Positions 46,473-55,200 of a stretch of 64,000 nt of DNA are shown piece by piece (the stretch's first letter is position 1; each line of letters opens with the position of its first letter). The stretch is from a virus. Below the pieces are notes generated by a model, which searched no databases, was not told the origin of the DNA, and saw nothing but the letters and a program-made list of their open reading frames with translations. Made by a program: the position numbers and the translations under genes. The DNA is taken from IMG/VR virus record IMGVR_UViG_3300046522_000252, positions 2,984 through 66,983 of that record; one strand, written 5' to 3'.

Positions 46473-47035
46473 CAGAGCCTCGCAAACCAGGTAAAGTTGG
46501 CGTCGGTCTCGATGGCGCGGCCGGTCGCTTCCGCCCATTCATCAACGGCCCTGGCGACCTCGAACTTGAAGGCCGGGTCCGGGTTGTTGTAGTCGTGGCC
46601 GCCAATCCAGCCGCCCGGCTTGATCTTCGGGCGCCATGCTCTGAGGTCCGCCTTGACGCCGAGATAGCTGTGATCTGCATCGACAAAAACGAGATCGAGG
46701 GAAGCGTGGGGAAACAGTTCCGCCGCCTCAACCGATGTCATCGCCATGACGCGGGCGCGGCCGGGGAAGTGCCTGGCGCGGTTTTCCGCCTCGGCGCGGT
46801 GAGCGCGGACGCGGGCCGGATCAAAATGATTGGCATGGGTGTCGCCGGTGGCGCGATAGTGCTCGGGCTGTTTGTCCGCCGTCTGCCAGCTATCGACCAT
46901 GTAAAGGGTGAGGTCTTTCCGGCGACGGAGGAGATATTCCGACATAACGCCGGTCAGAACGCCCACCTCGACGACCTTCGCCTTCGGCGGCAACCGCCGG
47001 ATAATCGCTTTCCCGCGCTGCTCGAACGGCTTCAT
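46472..47035 (-). CDS. Class I SAM methyltransferase (Methyltransf_24-like)
   Basis: VEVGVLTG, DLVFVDADHSY, KPGGWIGGHDY. Confidence 0.85.
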   Translation of the reverse strand: MKPFEQRGKAIIRRLPPKAKVVEVGVLTGVMSEYLLRRRKDLTLYMVDSWQTADKQPEHYRATGDTHANHFDPARVRAHRAEAENRARHFPGRARVMAMTSVEAAELFPHASLDLVFVDADHSYLGVKADLRAWRPKIKPGGWIGGHDYNNPDPAFKFEVARAVDEWAEATGRAIETDANFTWFARL

Positions 47036-47223
47036 TCGATGATCTCCGACAGGACGTCGAGCGAAATGCCGTCGTCGAGGATCAGCACCGGCACGCCCGG
47101 CGCAAAACCCGCCATGGTGGCTTTGATGCGCTCACACGCTTCCATCGAAATGCGCCCGGCAACGCGCAGAACCAGCCGGTCGCCCGGCCTGAATTCAATG
47201 CGCCGGATATCTTCGATGTTCAT
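47032..47223 (-). CDS. Small hypothetical protein
   Basis: ATGA-coupled ORF MNIEDIRR... Confidence 0.55.
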   Translation of the reverse strand: MNIEDIRRIEFRPGDRLVLRVAGRISMEACERIKATMAGFAPGVPVLILDDGISLDVLSEIIE

Positions 47224-47741
47224 GCAATCCACCATGCCTTTCTTCCCGCCGTATCCGGGGCGCGCCCGATCCCGGCGGCGAAGTCGTTGATGGCTCCGGC
47301 CGCCAGCCAATCACGGCCCTCAAACCAATCGTCGCAACAGACAATCCCGCCCGGAATCATCCGGCCCCATATCCATTGCAGTGCAGCAAGGGTCGGGCCG
47401 TATTGATCCATATCCAGGTGCGCGAAGCCGAACCCGGACTCGGTGATCGCCGGAAGAATGTCCGGCACAAACCCTTTCAACAGCCGCGCTTGGGGCGCCG
47501 CCCGTTGCGCGTCACGCATCGGCGCGGATAGGCGGCCCAGCGGATAGGGCGTCCATCCATCCTTGGTGTCCCGCCGCCCCGGTGCGGCCATCCCGGCAAA
47601 GCTGTCGACGCCTATCGTGAGGCCGGGATGCTTTGCGATTAGGCGCAATGTGGCGCCGCGAAAGACGCCAAATTCGATCCGTGGGCCAATGGGGCATTTC
47701 CCCAGCAATCCGACGAAGGCCGCGTGCTCTTGCGGCGTCAT
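47220..47741 (-). CDS. TylF/MycF-like sugar O-methyltransferase
   Basis: EFGVFRG, DSFAG, FAHLDMDQY, PGGIVCCDDW. Confidence 0.8.
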   Translation of the reverse strand: MTPQEHAAFVGLLGKCPIGPRIEFGVFRGATLRLIAKHPGLTIGVDSFAGMAAPGRRDTKDGWTPYPLGRLSAPMRDAQRAAPQARLLKGFVPDILPAITESGFGFAHLDMDQYGPTLAALQWIWGRMIPGGIVCCDDWFEGRDWLAAGAINDFAAGIGRAPDTAGRKAWWIA

Positions 47742-48340
47742 CACCAGCCCACGTCCCATGGACGGGGTTTACCGTGAAACACCACTACGGACGTTCCGGC
47801 CGGGGCTTTGCCGGTGCGCCGGACATCGGCCTTGAACGAACACAACTGACCGGGGCAAACGTCCTGCCACAACCGCCAACCGGCGCCCCTGCCGTGCGCC
47901 TCAAGGAACGCCTGGTCGCCGCCCCGCGCGAATTCCCTCATGTGTTTTGCGGGCGATGCCGTGAAGGCGTTCCAGATGGGCGCCTTCATCGCCTGTGGGA
48001 TGGCCATGACGCTGCTTTGCCAGCCGGAGGGCCGGTATACGTCTCGCATGATCATCGGCGCCCTGACCGCCTCCAGGACCGCAAGACTGCCGATAATTGC
48101 ACTATCCAAATCAAAATAGAGCCAGTCGACGGCGAGCACCGGGTTGAATAGCTCCATCTTCGCCCACCAGCCCGGCCAGCTATATTGAAGCGGGATGATG
48201 TTGACGCCGGGCACGGCTAGATCAGTCAGGCACCAAAACCCGGCGCCGGGCAGATGCTTGGCCACCTGATCGCGCAGGCGGGTCACATGCGCTGGCTTGT
48301 ATTCGCCGCCGGATCGCAGGACGCAGGCCACCGCTTTCAT
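47741..48340 (-). CDS. GT-A fold glycosyltransferase
   Basis: CLTD, WWAKMELF, YFDLD, GDQAFL, VVFHGKPRPW. Confidence 0.8.
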   Translation of the reverse strand: MKAVACVLRSGGEYKPAHVTRLRDQVAKHLPGAGFWCLTDLAVPGVNIIPLQYSWPGWWAKMELFNPVLAVDWLYFDLDSAIIGSLAVLEAVRAPMIMRDVYRPSGWQSSVMAIPQAMKAPIWNAFTASPAKHMREFARGGDQAFLEAHGRGAGWRLWQDVCPGQLCSFKADVRRTGKAPAGTSVVVFHGKPRPWDVGW

Positions 48341-48963
48341 ACCGCTAGCGCATCCTCAAACGACATCTTCGGATAGTTTTCCAGCCTCGAAACGGGCGAG
48401 CAGTTAATGACCCGGATACCCATCGGCTCGATAACCTTTGCCGCCGCGTCCACTGCCCGGCGCCAGCGGTCGACGTTGCCCTGTTTCGGGTTGTTCATGT
48501 TTGACGGATGGGCGCCGTGCCAATGAAGGCCGTTCGCCACGGTCATATCGTAGCCGATCAGGATGATTTTCCGGGCACCGAACTGCACCGCAAGATTAAG
48601 GCAATGAAACCCGCTATTGCCGCCCCAGCCGACCGTGCCGAGCGGTTTCAAAACAATCCGGTCATCGGCCTTCCGGCACTCGACGAGGTGGATGTCCTCG
48701 TATTTCCTGGAGGCGTTCCGGTCGATGGTGATCTTCATACCTTCGAAGTCAGGGCAACCGTGCGCGTGGTTCCACCATGCCACGTCGCAGGCGAAGAGGA
48801 TGTCCGCCCACGGGCAAAGCTGCCACGAGGTGTTGATCGCGATAAACTTTGCCCGGCCGAGCGCCATCTCAAGCGGCGCATCCTTCGCGGTCGGCCCCGA
48901 TGCAACGATCACGCACGTCTCACCTGACCAGTCAGGGAACCACTCTGGCCGGTCCCTCCTCAT
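48337..48963 (-). CDS. MAF/MptE-like (glycosyltransferase-related) protein
   Basis: IVASGPT, IAIN, NSG..LNLA...GA.KIILIGYD, VINCS. Confidence 0.7.
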   Translation of the reverse strand: MRRDRPEWFPDWSGETCVIVASGPTAKDAPLEMALGRAKFIAINTSWQLCPWADILFACDVAWWNHAHGCPDFEGMKITIDRNASRKYEDIHLVECRKADDRIVLKPLGTVGWGGNSGFHCLNLAVQFGARKIILIGYDMTVANGLHWHGAHPSNMNNPKQGNVDRWRRAVDAAAKVIEPMGIRVINCSPVSRLENYPKMSFEDALAV

Positions 48964-49295
48964 GCAAGCGCGGGATCACGCAACGGATAGAGCAAGGCTG
49001 TGACCGGGCGAGGCAGATAGCCTTGCTCAAAGGCGCGGTCGGTGTCGCCGTCCGGCTCCCGGTAAAAATGCCCGACGAGGATGATCGTGGCGATTTCTAT
49101 TGCCGGAGGAACCTCGGTGCCGGACGGCATGTCGCCGCCGGTGTCGAGATCGAGCAGCGCATCGGCCTGGCCCTTGAGATAGGCGACGACCGCCGCCGAC
49201 GCGGCGTGGATGTAAGCGGTCAGGAGCGCATCGTCCATGTCGGTATCGATGCGCAGCGCGCTCTTGACGCGCTCAAGCGTGACAAGCGCGATCAT
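48960..49295 (-). CDS. Head-tail connector (gp6-like)
   Basis: TLERVKSALRID..DDALL..YI.AA...LVGHFY. Confidence 0.85.
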   Translation of the reverse strand: MIALVTLERVKSALRIDTDMDDALLTAYIHAASAAVVAYLKGQADALLDLDTGGDMPSGTEVPPAIEIATIILVGHFYREPDGDTDRAFEQGYLPRPVTALLYPLRDPALA

Positions 49296-50602
49296 CAGTC
49301 GCCTTCCTTCGACGGCACGCCGACGCGGATGGGCACGTTCGGCCTTTCGGCCTTCATGACTCCGTCCTTGCCGTCTCGGCCGCGTTTCACGGCCAGGCGC
49401 CAGCCCTTGCCGCCCTCTGGCTTTTCATCCGTCGTCGCCTGGGCAATCCAGAACGAACCGCCGTAAGAAACCCCGTCGCCGGTCTGATAAGCGCAACCGC
49501 TTTTGTAGACGCCCCGGTCAAGCACCACGGCAAGCGCGTGTCGGAATTCCTTCACCCGCTCGCCCTTTATGTACCGGGTGATGATCGTCCGGCCATCGTC
49601 GGCCAGCTCCTCGGTTAGATCGTCGAAGCCGAAACCGTCAGCGCCCGGCTTGCCCGGTTCGCCATCCTTGCCACAGACCATGCCTAGATCGCGCACGGTG
49701 CCATCGGTCAGCGTGAAATTCAGATGGCCGTCGCGGTCGATGATGCCACCGGCCAGCCCGACGCCATCCTTGCCCGGTGCCCCATCTTTGCCCGGTTCGC
49801 CATCCTTGCCCGGCGCGCCGTCTTTGCCGTCCTTGCCGTCTTTCGGCACGGGGATGGCGGCTAGGCCCTTAGCGATCTGTTCCTCGATCATCGGGCTTAC
49901 GTCATCGACGGTCACGTCTTTTGGTAGTTCGATGATCTCGGCGACCATTGCGGCCCACTCGCGGATTTGCTCCGGTGACGGCGTGTAGTTGATTTCCATC
50001 GGCTCCGGCGCGGGCTGCGCTTCGATCACCTCGGCGATGAGCACCTTCATCCCGTCCGGGCTGATCGGGTCCGGGATCGCCGCCACGGCCATTTCGATCA
50101 TACCGGAGACGTCAGGCATTTCCGGCGCGGGCGGCAGCACGATAATCGCGCCGTCAATCATCCCCTTGATTTTGTCCTCGCTGATCGGTGCCGGGATCGC
50201 GTCCACGGCGAGCTTGATCATGCCCGCTACGTCCGGCAGCTCCGGCGCGGGAGGCAGCGCGGCAATCGCACCGTCGACTATGCCTTTGATCCCATCTTCG
50301 CTGAGAGGCGCCGGAATGGCGGCCACGGCTTCCTCGATCATGCCTGCGATGTTAGGCAGCTCCGGCGCGGGTTGGATGGCGTCCAAGGCGGTCTGCATTT
50401 TGGCGAGGTCCGCCTTTATCTCTCCCGCCACCATAGAGGCGACGAGGCGCGGGTCGGCGTCCTCGCCGTCCTTCGGTGTCGGCATTTCCGCCAAACGCTT
50501 CTCCAACGCTTCGACGCGGGCAAGCACGGGCGAAAGTTGATTCTCAAGGTAGCTTTTGACGACGCCGACGATCTCGACGCCGAATGCCTTCCCGTCGAAC
50601 AT
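49295..50602 (-). CDS. Repeat- and collagen-containing protein downstream of the portal
   Basis: GKDG(A/E)P Gly-X-Y repeats; PAPELP.(V/I)AGMI repeats; WRLAVKRGRDGKD. Confidence 0.7.
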   Translation of the reverse strand: MFDGKAFGVEIVGVVKSYLENQLSPVLARVEALEKRLAEMPTPKDGEDADPRLVASMVAGEIKADLAKMQTALDAIQPAPELPNIAGMIEEAVAAIPAPLSEDGIKGIVDGAIAALPPAPELPDVAGMIKLAVDAIPAPISEDKIKGMIDGAIIVLPPAPEMPDVSGMIEMAVAAIPDPISPDGMKVLIAEVIEAQPAPEPMEINYTPSPEQIREWAAMVAEIIELPKDVTVDDVSPMIEEQIAKGLAAIPVPKDGKDGKDGAPGKDGEPGKDGAPGKDGVGLAGGIIDRDGHLNFTLTDGTVRDLGMVCGKDGEPGKPGADGFGFDDLTEELADDGRTIITRYIKGERVKEFRHALAVVLDRGVYKSGCAYQTGDGVSYGGSFWIAQATTDEKPEGGKGWRLAVKRGRDGKDGVMKAERPNVPIRVGVPSKEGD

Positions 50603-51948
50603 CAGCGGAGTCCCTTCAAGATTTCGATGAGGGCGGCGCTTGCCTCCGCCTCAACTTCATTATCGTTGGCAGGCGGCGGCGCCGGTTCCGGCTTGGCCGT
50701 GCCGAACGGGTCGGCCTGCGCGTCGCGCTTTGCCAGCGCCTCCAGGCTGAAGTTTTGCTGTTGAAGCATGGGGCTGTCGCCGCCGGTCTTCGGCCGCAGG
50801 TCAAGTTTCTTGCGCTGCTCGTTCGGGGACATGATCCCCTTGGATTTGTCGAGGACGTCCATCTGCGTCACGCTGTCCATGCGCAGGAGATTTTCGGTAT
50901 CGAATTCGGTGCCACGCCCTTCTCCGGTGCCGAGCCCTTCGTCAAGGCACAGCTCAGCGTCCTCGATCAGCTTTTGCAAGCACTGCGAATAGTATTCGAC
51001 GTTCAAGCTCTGGATGTTGTTATAGGTGGGCATCGGGCCGACGCCGATCTTGTAAGGTGGGACGTGAAACGTCGAGCACACGACTTCGGCCGTCCACCGC
51101 AACTGCTCAATCAACTGGCTATCGTGGGCGGAGATCGCCAGCGGCTTGTAATCCAGGCCGTCACCGACGACGGCGATCTTGCCCGCGTTCTGTCCGGTAT
51201 AGCCAGCCTCCCACGCGGTCTTGAGGCGCGCGGCGGTTTCGTCGGAGATCGCACCCGGCGCCACCAGGATACCGCCCGGCTGGCTTTGGTTGCCGAAGAA
51301 CTGCGCCGAATTGTTCTGAATGCGGATACCCTGCGTCGCCGCGACACCGGCCGCCAGGATCGGCGATGTTCCCACGAGTGGGTGATAAAGGCAGTTCATC
51401 CGGTCGTGGATGATCTCACGCGCCGGGACGACAATATCGCTTTCGATGGCCGCCATGTTGTCGGTCATCAGTTGATAGAACACCTCGCCGGTATCAGCCA
51501 CGAGCGGCGTGACGCGGGTCGGGTCCAGGACAAACATTTGGACGACGACGCCCCGGTTATCGCGCGCCTTGAGAACATAGGTGTTACCGCGAATCAGCTT
51601 CGACAAAATCCAGCTTTCCATGAACTGGATGCGGTTCTGGTACGGATTGGGTTTGCGCAGGACCGGCGAAAAGGCCGCGTTCTTGATCTCGCTCCAAATC
51701 CCGTCCACGTCTTGCTCGACGAGCTTAATGCGCAGCTTCGAAATGTCGGCGGCGATCAGCGTCATGCAGGCATAGACGGCGTGGTAGGACAGAACCAGGT
51801 CACGGTCGACCGTGATGTTGCGCTGCCATGCGCCCGCGAAACTCTCAAAAAGCCGAAACCATCCGCTCCGGTTTTCGGTAACGGATGAAAGCGCCTTCTC
51901 TTGCTCGCGCACGGCGGTAAACGGGACCTGGAAACCTAGAAGGCGCAC
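50602..51948 (-). CDS. HK97-family portal protein
   Basis: VYACMTLIAADISKL, KPNPYQ, GNTY, FHVPPYKIG, MSPNEQR. Confidence 0.92.
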   Translation of the reverse strand: MRLLGFQVPFTAVREQEKALSSVTENRSGWFRLFESFAGAWQRNITVDRDLVLSYHAVYACMTLIAADISKLRIKLVEQDVDGIWSEIKNAAFSPVLRKPNPYQNRIQFMESWILSKLIRGNTYVLKARDNRGVVVQMFVLDPTRVTPLVADTGEVFYQLMTDNMAAIESDIVVPAREIIHDRMNCLYHPLVGTSPILAAGVAATQGIRIQNNSAQFFGNQSQPGGILVAPGAISDETAARLKTAWEAGYTGQNAGKIAVVGDGLDYKPLAISAHDSQLIEQLRWTAEVVCSTFHVPPYKIGVGPMPTYNNIQSLNVEYYSQCLQKLIEDAELCLDEGLGTGEGRGTEFDTENLLRMDSVTQMDVLDKSKGIMSPNEQRKKLDLRPKTGGDSPMLQQQNFSLEALAKRDAQADPFGTAKPEPAPPPANDNEVEAEASAALIEILKGLR

Positions 51949-51954
51949 AGCGGG

Positions 51955-52290
51955 TCAGTCCTTGTTGGCTTTTTTGAAGTCGGCGATGCGCTTGTGAATT
52001 TCGGCGACATCCCAGCCGTTGAAGGGCCTTTTGCCCGTCACCCGCTCGTATTCCTCACGGGCCGCTTTCAATTGCTGGCCGAGATTATCCGGCGGGCCAT
52101 CGTCCTCGTCGTCGATTGGCGGGGCGACGACGACAGGCGGCTCCACGACGGGCGGCGGGTCAGGCAGCGGCGCTGGAATGACCGGCGGCGCGGCTGGCGT
52201 GTCACCGTAGCCGCCCAGCTTGATTAGGATTTGGAGGTAGCGCGGGTCGGACGACCGCAGTGCGCGGGTCATGTAACTTTGGGATCGCAT
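51955..52290 (-). CDS. Proline-rich small virion-associated protein
   Basis: MRSQSYMTRALRSSDPRY...; C-terminal YERVTGKRPFNGW. Confidence 0.6.
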   Translation of the reverse strand: MRSQSYMTRALRSSDPRYLQILIKLGGYGDTPAAPPVIPAPLPDPPPVVEPPVVVAPPIDDEDDGPPDNLGQQLKAAREEYERVTGKRPFNGWDVAEIHKRIADFKKANKD

Positions 52291-52328
52291 AATGATGAAC
52301 CTTTTTGGGAGGGGACAGCGGCCCCCAC

Positions 52329-52952
52329 TTATTCGACCAGCCCACTGCCTATCAGAAGGAAAGTGCCTGCCACGAATGTGTTCGACGAGGGCACGTCGAA
52401 GAATGTGTAGGGCGCAATGCGCAGTAGATTTTGCCGCCCTGTGGCGGCCAAGAGCCACACATAGCCACGGCATGCATGCTTTCCGTTCTCGGGATGCCAT
52501 GACATTACAGATGCATCCATGGAGGGGCCGTTATCGTCGCCGCCAGGATAAATATTCATGGTCGCCCTTTGTACGCGGAGGACGCTGTCCGGACCGATAC
52601 CGCCACTATTGTTGGTGCCGGAGTCTACGGTGGGACCGTTATTGTTGCGCCAATACTCGTTGTCGTAAGCGGCATAGGTGCCGTTGCCGGAGCCTAGCGC
52701 ACCGTCGCTGTCACTGTGCCACGTCGTTCCGCCATCGGGGGAGAAGTCGAGGGCCAAGAATTCTGGGGCGTTTAGTTCCAACGCGAGGATGACAACACGG
52801 AAATCAAGGTAGTTCTCTGGCAACACCAGATCGACATACTCGACCGGCGTGGTGATCACCGTCTTCTGTAAAATCGTTTGTCCAGCCAGATTGGAAAAGG
52901 CGGCTTGCAGGTCTGCGCTGTTTGATCCGGGGTTTTCGAGGTCAATGCCCAT
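52329..52952 (-). CDS. Hypothetical beta-rich protein, possible head decoration
   Basis: 207 aa ORF between the capsid and portal genes. Confidence 0.55.
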   Translation of the reverse strand: MGIDLENPGSNSADLQAAFSNLAGQTILQKTVITTPVEYVDLVLPENYLDFRVVILALELNAPEFLALDFSPDGGTTWHSDSDGALGSGNGTYAAYDNEYWRNNNGPTVDSGTNNSGGIGPDSVLRVQRATMNIYPGGDDNGPSMDASVMSWHPENGKHACRGYVWLLAATGRQNLLRIAPYTFFDVPSSNTFVAGTFLLIGSGLVE

Positions 52953-52953
52953 G

Positions 52954-53133
52954 TCAGGCTCCTAATGTGAGGTAGTCGCCATTCAACGTGAGCGGTTGCC
53001 CATTCAGCGTCAGGGCGTTGGAGGGCACCGCGACGCCGGATGGCGGCATCGGCCAGCCGAGACTTGTCAGGATGAAAGCAAAACGCGGGTCCGCTGATCG
53101 CAGCGCGCGGATCATGTAGCTCACGGACTTCAT
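52954..53133 (-). CDS. Small protein sharing an N-terminal motif with 51955-52290
   Basis: MKSVSYMIRALRSADPRF...LTLNGQPLTLNGDYLTL. Confidence 0.55.
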   Translation of the reverse strand: MKSVSYMIRALRSADPRFAFILTSLGWPMPPSGVAVPSNALTLNGQPLTLNGDYLTLGA

Positions 53134-53157
53134 GACGGTAGGCCCTTTCAAACGACG

Positions 53158-53190
53158 AAAAGGCCCGGCCGCGAAACCGCGACCGGGCTA
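53158..53190 (-). terminator. Intrinsic terminator after the major capsid gene
   Basis: gcccggccgcg-aaac-cgcgaccgggc hairpin with U-tract on the minus strand. Confidence 0.7.
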
Positions 53191-53199
53191 AAGCTGAGA

Positions 53200-55176
53200 T
53201 CAGGAACCGGGAACGCCCCAGTTAACCTCGTCCAGCAGGGCGACCGCCGTGGCACGGCGCTTCGCCCAGTTGATCGTGCGTTCCGCCAGGAAGCCCACGG
53301 TGTTGGTCTGCCAGAGCGAGACCAGCGACGCGCCGGTGCCCGCTGTCGCATCCTGCGTCAGGCCGCTATCCTTCATTTCGAGCGAAGCCTCGCGGCTCAT
53401 GTCGACCCGAATGCCGCCGTCGTCGGCGAGATAGATGTCCTGAGCATTGACCAGTGCCACGAACCCGCCCGCCGAGACCGGCGCGAAGTATTCGGACACA
53501 ATCACCGGCAGCCCTTCGAAGTCACCACCCAGCATAGTGATGCCAGGGAATTCCTTCTGGCCGAGCGGATTGCGCATTTGGGACAGCGCAAGCGCGGTCG
53601 TTGCGGACATGATCCACACGCCGGAGGTCGGGGCATTGTTCGCCGCAATGAATACGCCGAACAGGAGGCGGATATCTTCGCGGATCGCGTCGGCGTCATT
53701 GCCGGTGGATGCGATGGCGGAGACGCCATTAGTGACCGACGCAGGAGAAATCCCTGCCGATGCGGCCTTGGCCGGATCGATAAAGTCGGTGTCGAGACGT
53801 TCGCGCAGGGCCGCAGCCAGGCTGTCGCGGACGATCATTTCGGCGGACGGGCTGGAATCGCGCAGCACCTCGTCGGTGACGACCGCGATATTCGCGACCT
53901 TCAACGGCTCAAGCGTCGTGCGATTGAAGTCGAACGCGGTCAGGGGCTTGGGCTTGCCTTCCCCGACCCAGTAGGCGTTGCCGCCGGAGGTCTGGCCGAT
54001 CAGCGCAGCCCGGAACGGCACCTGCCGAAGCGACGGCACGCCATTGTTGCCGAACTTGCCGAGGATGGTCTGCGGACGCAGAAATTCCACGAAATCCGCA
54101 AAGGCCGTGGTTTCCTCGCCGACCAGGGCACCGGCCCAAGTCGCATCACTGACCGTACCGGCAGCGACCGCCGCCTTCAGGGCGTTGATGACGCTATCGT
54201 CGTTCGGATAGCGCTGTTGCGCCATTTCCAGCGCTTCGCGCCGGTTGCCCTGGGCCATACCGAGGCACTTGACGACGCGGGCGAAGCCAATGCCGGGCTT
54301 GGTGTCGGTCCGGGTTTTGACGACAACGCCAGCGCGGGCCTGCGTTCCGTCGTTTTCACGCTCAGTAATAACCGGCACCGGCTTTGCCGAGACGGCCTTA
54401 GCGCGCTCCAGCGACCGCAGCCGCTTGAGGTCATGGTCGATTGCCTCGACCTCGCTTTCGAGCGTGTCGAATTCTTCCTGCTCGGCCTCATCGGACGAGC
54501 GGCCCTCTTCGATGCTCTTTTGCATAACCTCTTCCATGCGGGAGGTGTTCGCCGCCCGCTTGGCTTCAAGCGCGGCGATCTGTTCTGCAAGCGTCTTCAT
54601 TTTCTTAGCGTCCTTGGGGCGCGTAGTTACGGGTTGAGATTTTCCCGTGACGCCGGGTGCAACAGGCCGATCAGACGCCTTTGGCTCTTTGCCGGACGCG
54701 GCGAGCAAAGGACGGTCTATCGACTTGATTTCGGAAATGGTGGCCTCGGCCTGTGCCGGGATCGTAACCAGCGACAGCTCCATGACTTCGGTTTCGAGGA
54801 AGTGGATGCCGTTGGTCTTGTCGATCCATGCATATTCGATGGCGTTGAAACCAATCGAGACGGCAGCGACGAGGCCCGCCTTGACCGATTGCCAAGCCTC
54901 GTCGATCCGCTCTTTCAGCGTGCCAGGCTCGTCGATCTTCGGCAGCTTCGCCTCAAAGGTGATGCCGTCTTTGGTGGGCTTGTCGAACGTCACCGTGCCG
55001 ACCGGCTTGTCGGTCTTGTGCTGCCAGAGAAGCGGCATCGGGTTTTTGAATTTGACGCCCAACGGTTCGACGATATCGCCGAGGCGATCCGGCGTCGGCG
55101 TGGTGGCCGTGCCCCGGATAATGCGCTGCTCGTCCTCGACCGCCTTCACGGTCAGGATTGAATATGCCCTGTTCAT
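53200..55176 (-). CDS. Fused prohead protease / HK97-fold major capsid protein
   Basis: PLLWQH, VSIGF, ELSLVTIPA protease motifs followed by capsid motifs (AYWVGEG, LWQTN...AER). Confidence 0.9.
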   Translation of the reverse strand: MNRAYSILTVKAVEDEQRIIRGTATTPTPDRLGDIVEPLGVKFKNPMPLLWQHKTDKPVGTVTFDKPTKDGITFEAKLPKIDEPGTLKERIDEAWQSVKAGLVAAVSIGFNAIEYAWIDKTNGIHFLETEVMELSLVTIPAQAEATISEIKSIDRPLLAASGKEPKASDRPVAPGVTGKSQPVTTRPKDAKKMKTLAEQIAALEAKRAANTSRMEEVMQKSIEEGRSSDEAEQEEFDTLESEVEAIDHDLKRLRSLERAKAVSAKPVPVITERENDGTQARAGVVVKTRTDTKPGIGFARVVKCLGMAQGNRREALEMAQQRYPNDDSVINALKAAVAAGTVSDATWAGALVGEETTAFADFVEFLRPQTILGKFGNNGVPSLRQVPFRAALIGQTSGGNAYWVGEGKPKPLTAFDFNRTTLEPLKVANIAVVTDEVLRDSSPSAEMIVRDSLAAALRERLDTDFIDPAKAASAGISPASVTNGVSAIASTGNDADAIREDIRLLFGVFIAANNAPTSGVWIMSATTALALSQMRNPLGQKEFPGITMLGGDFEGLPVIVSEYFAPVSAGGFVALVNAQDIYLADDGGIRVDMSREASLEMKDSGLTQDATAGTGASLVSLWQTNTVGFLAERTINWAKRRATAVALLDEVNWGVPGS

Positions 55177-55200
55177 TTTCGTGATCCTTGTGGACGGTGG

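Noticed and set aside
49700-50380. Tandem repeats downstream of the portal as a second RNA array
   Set aside because: Repeats are conserved at the amino-acid level (collagen-like and PAPELP units) and lack stem/spacer architecture
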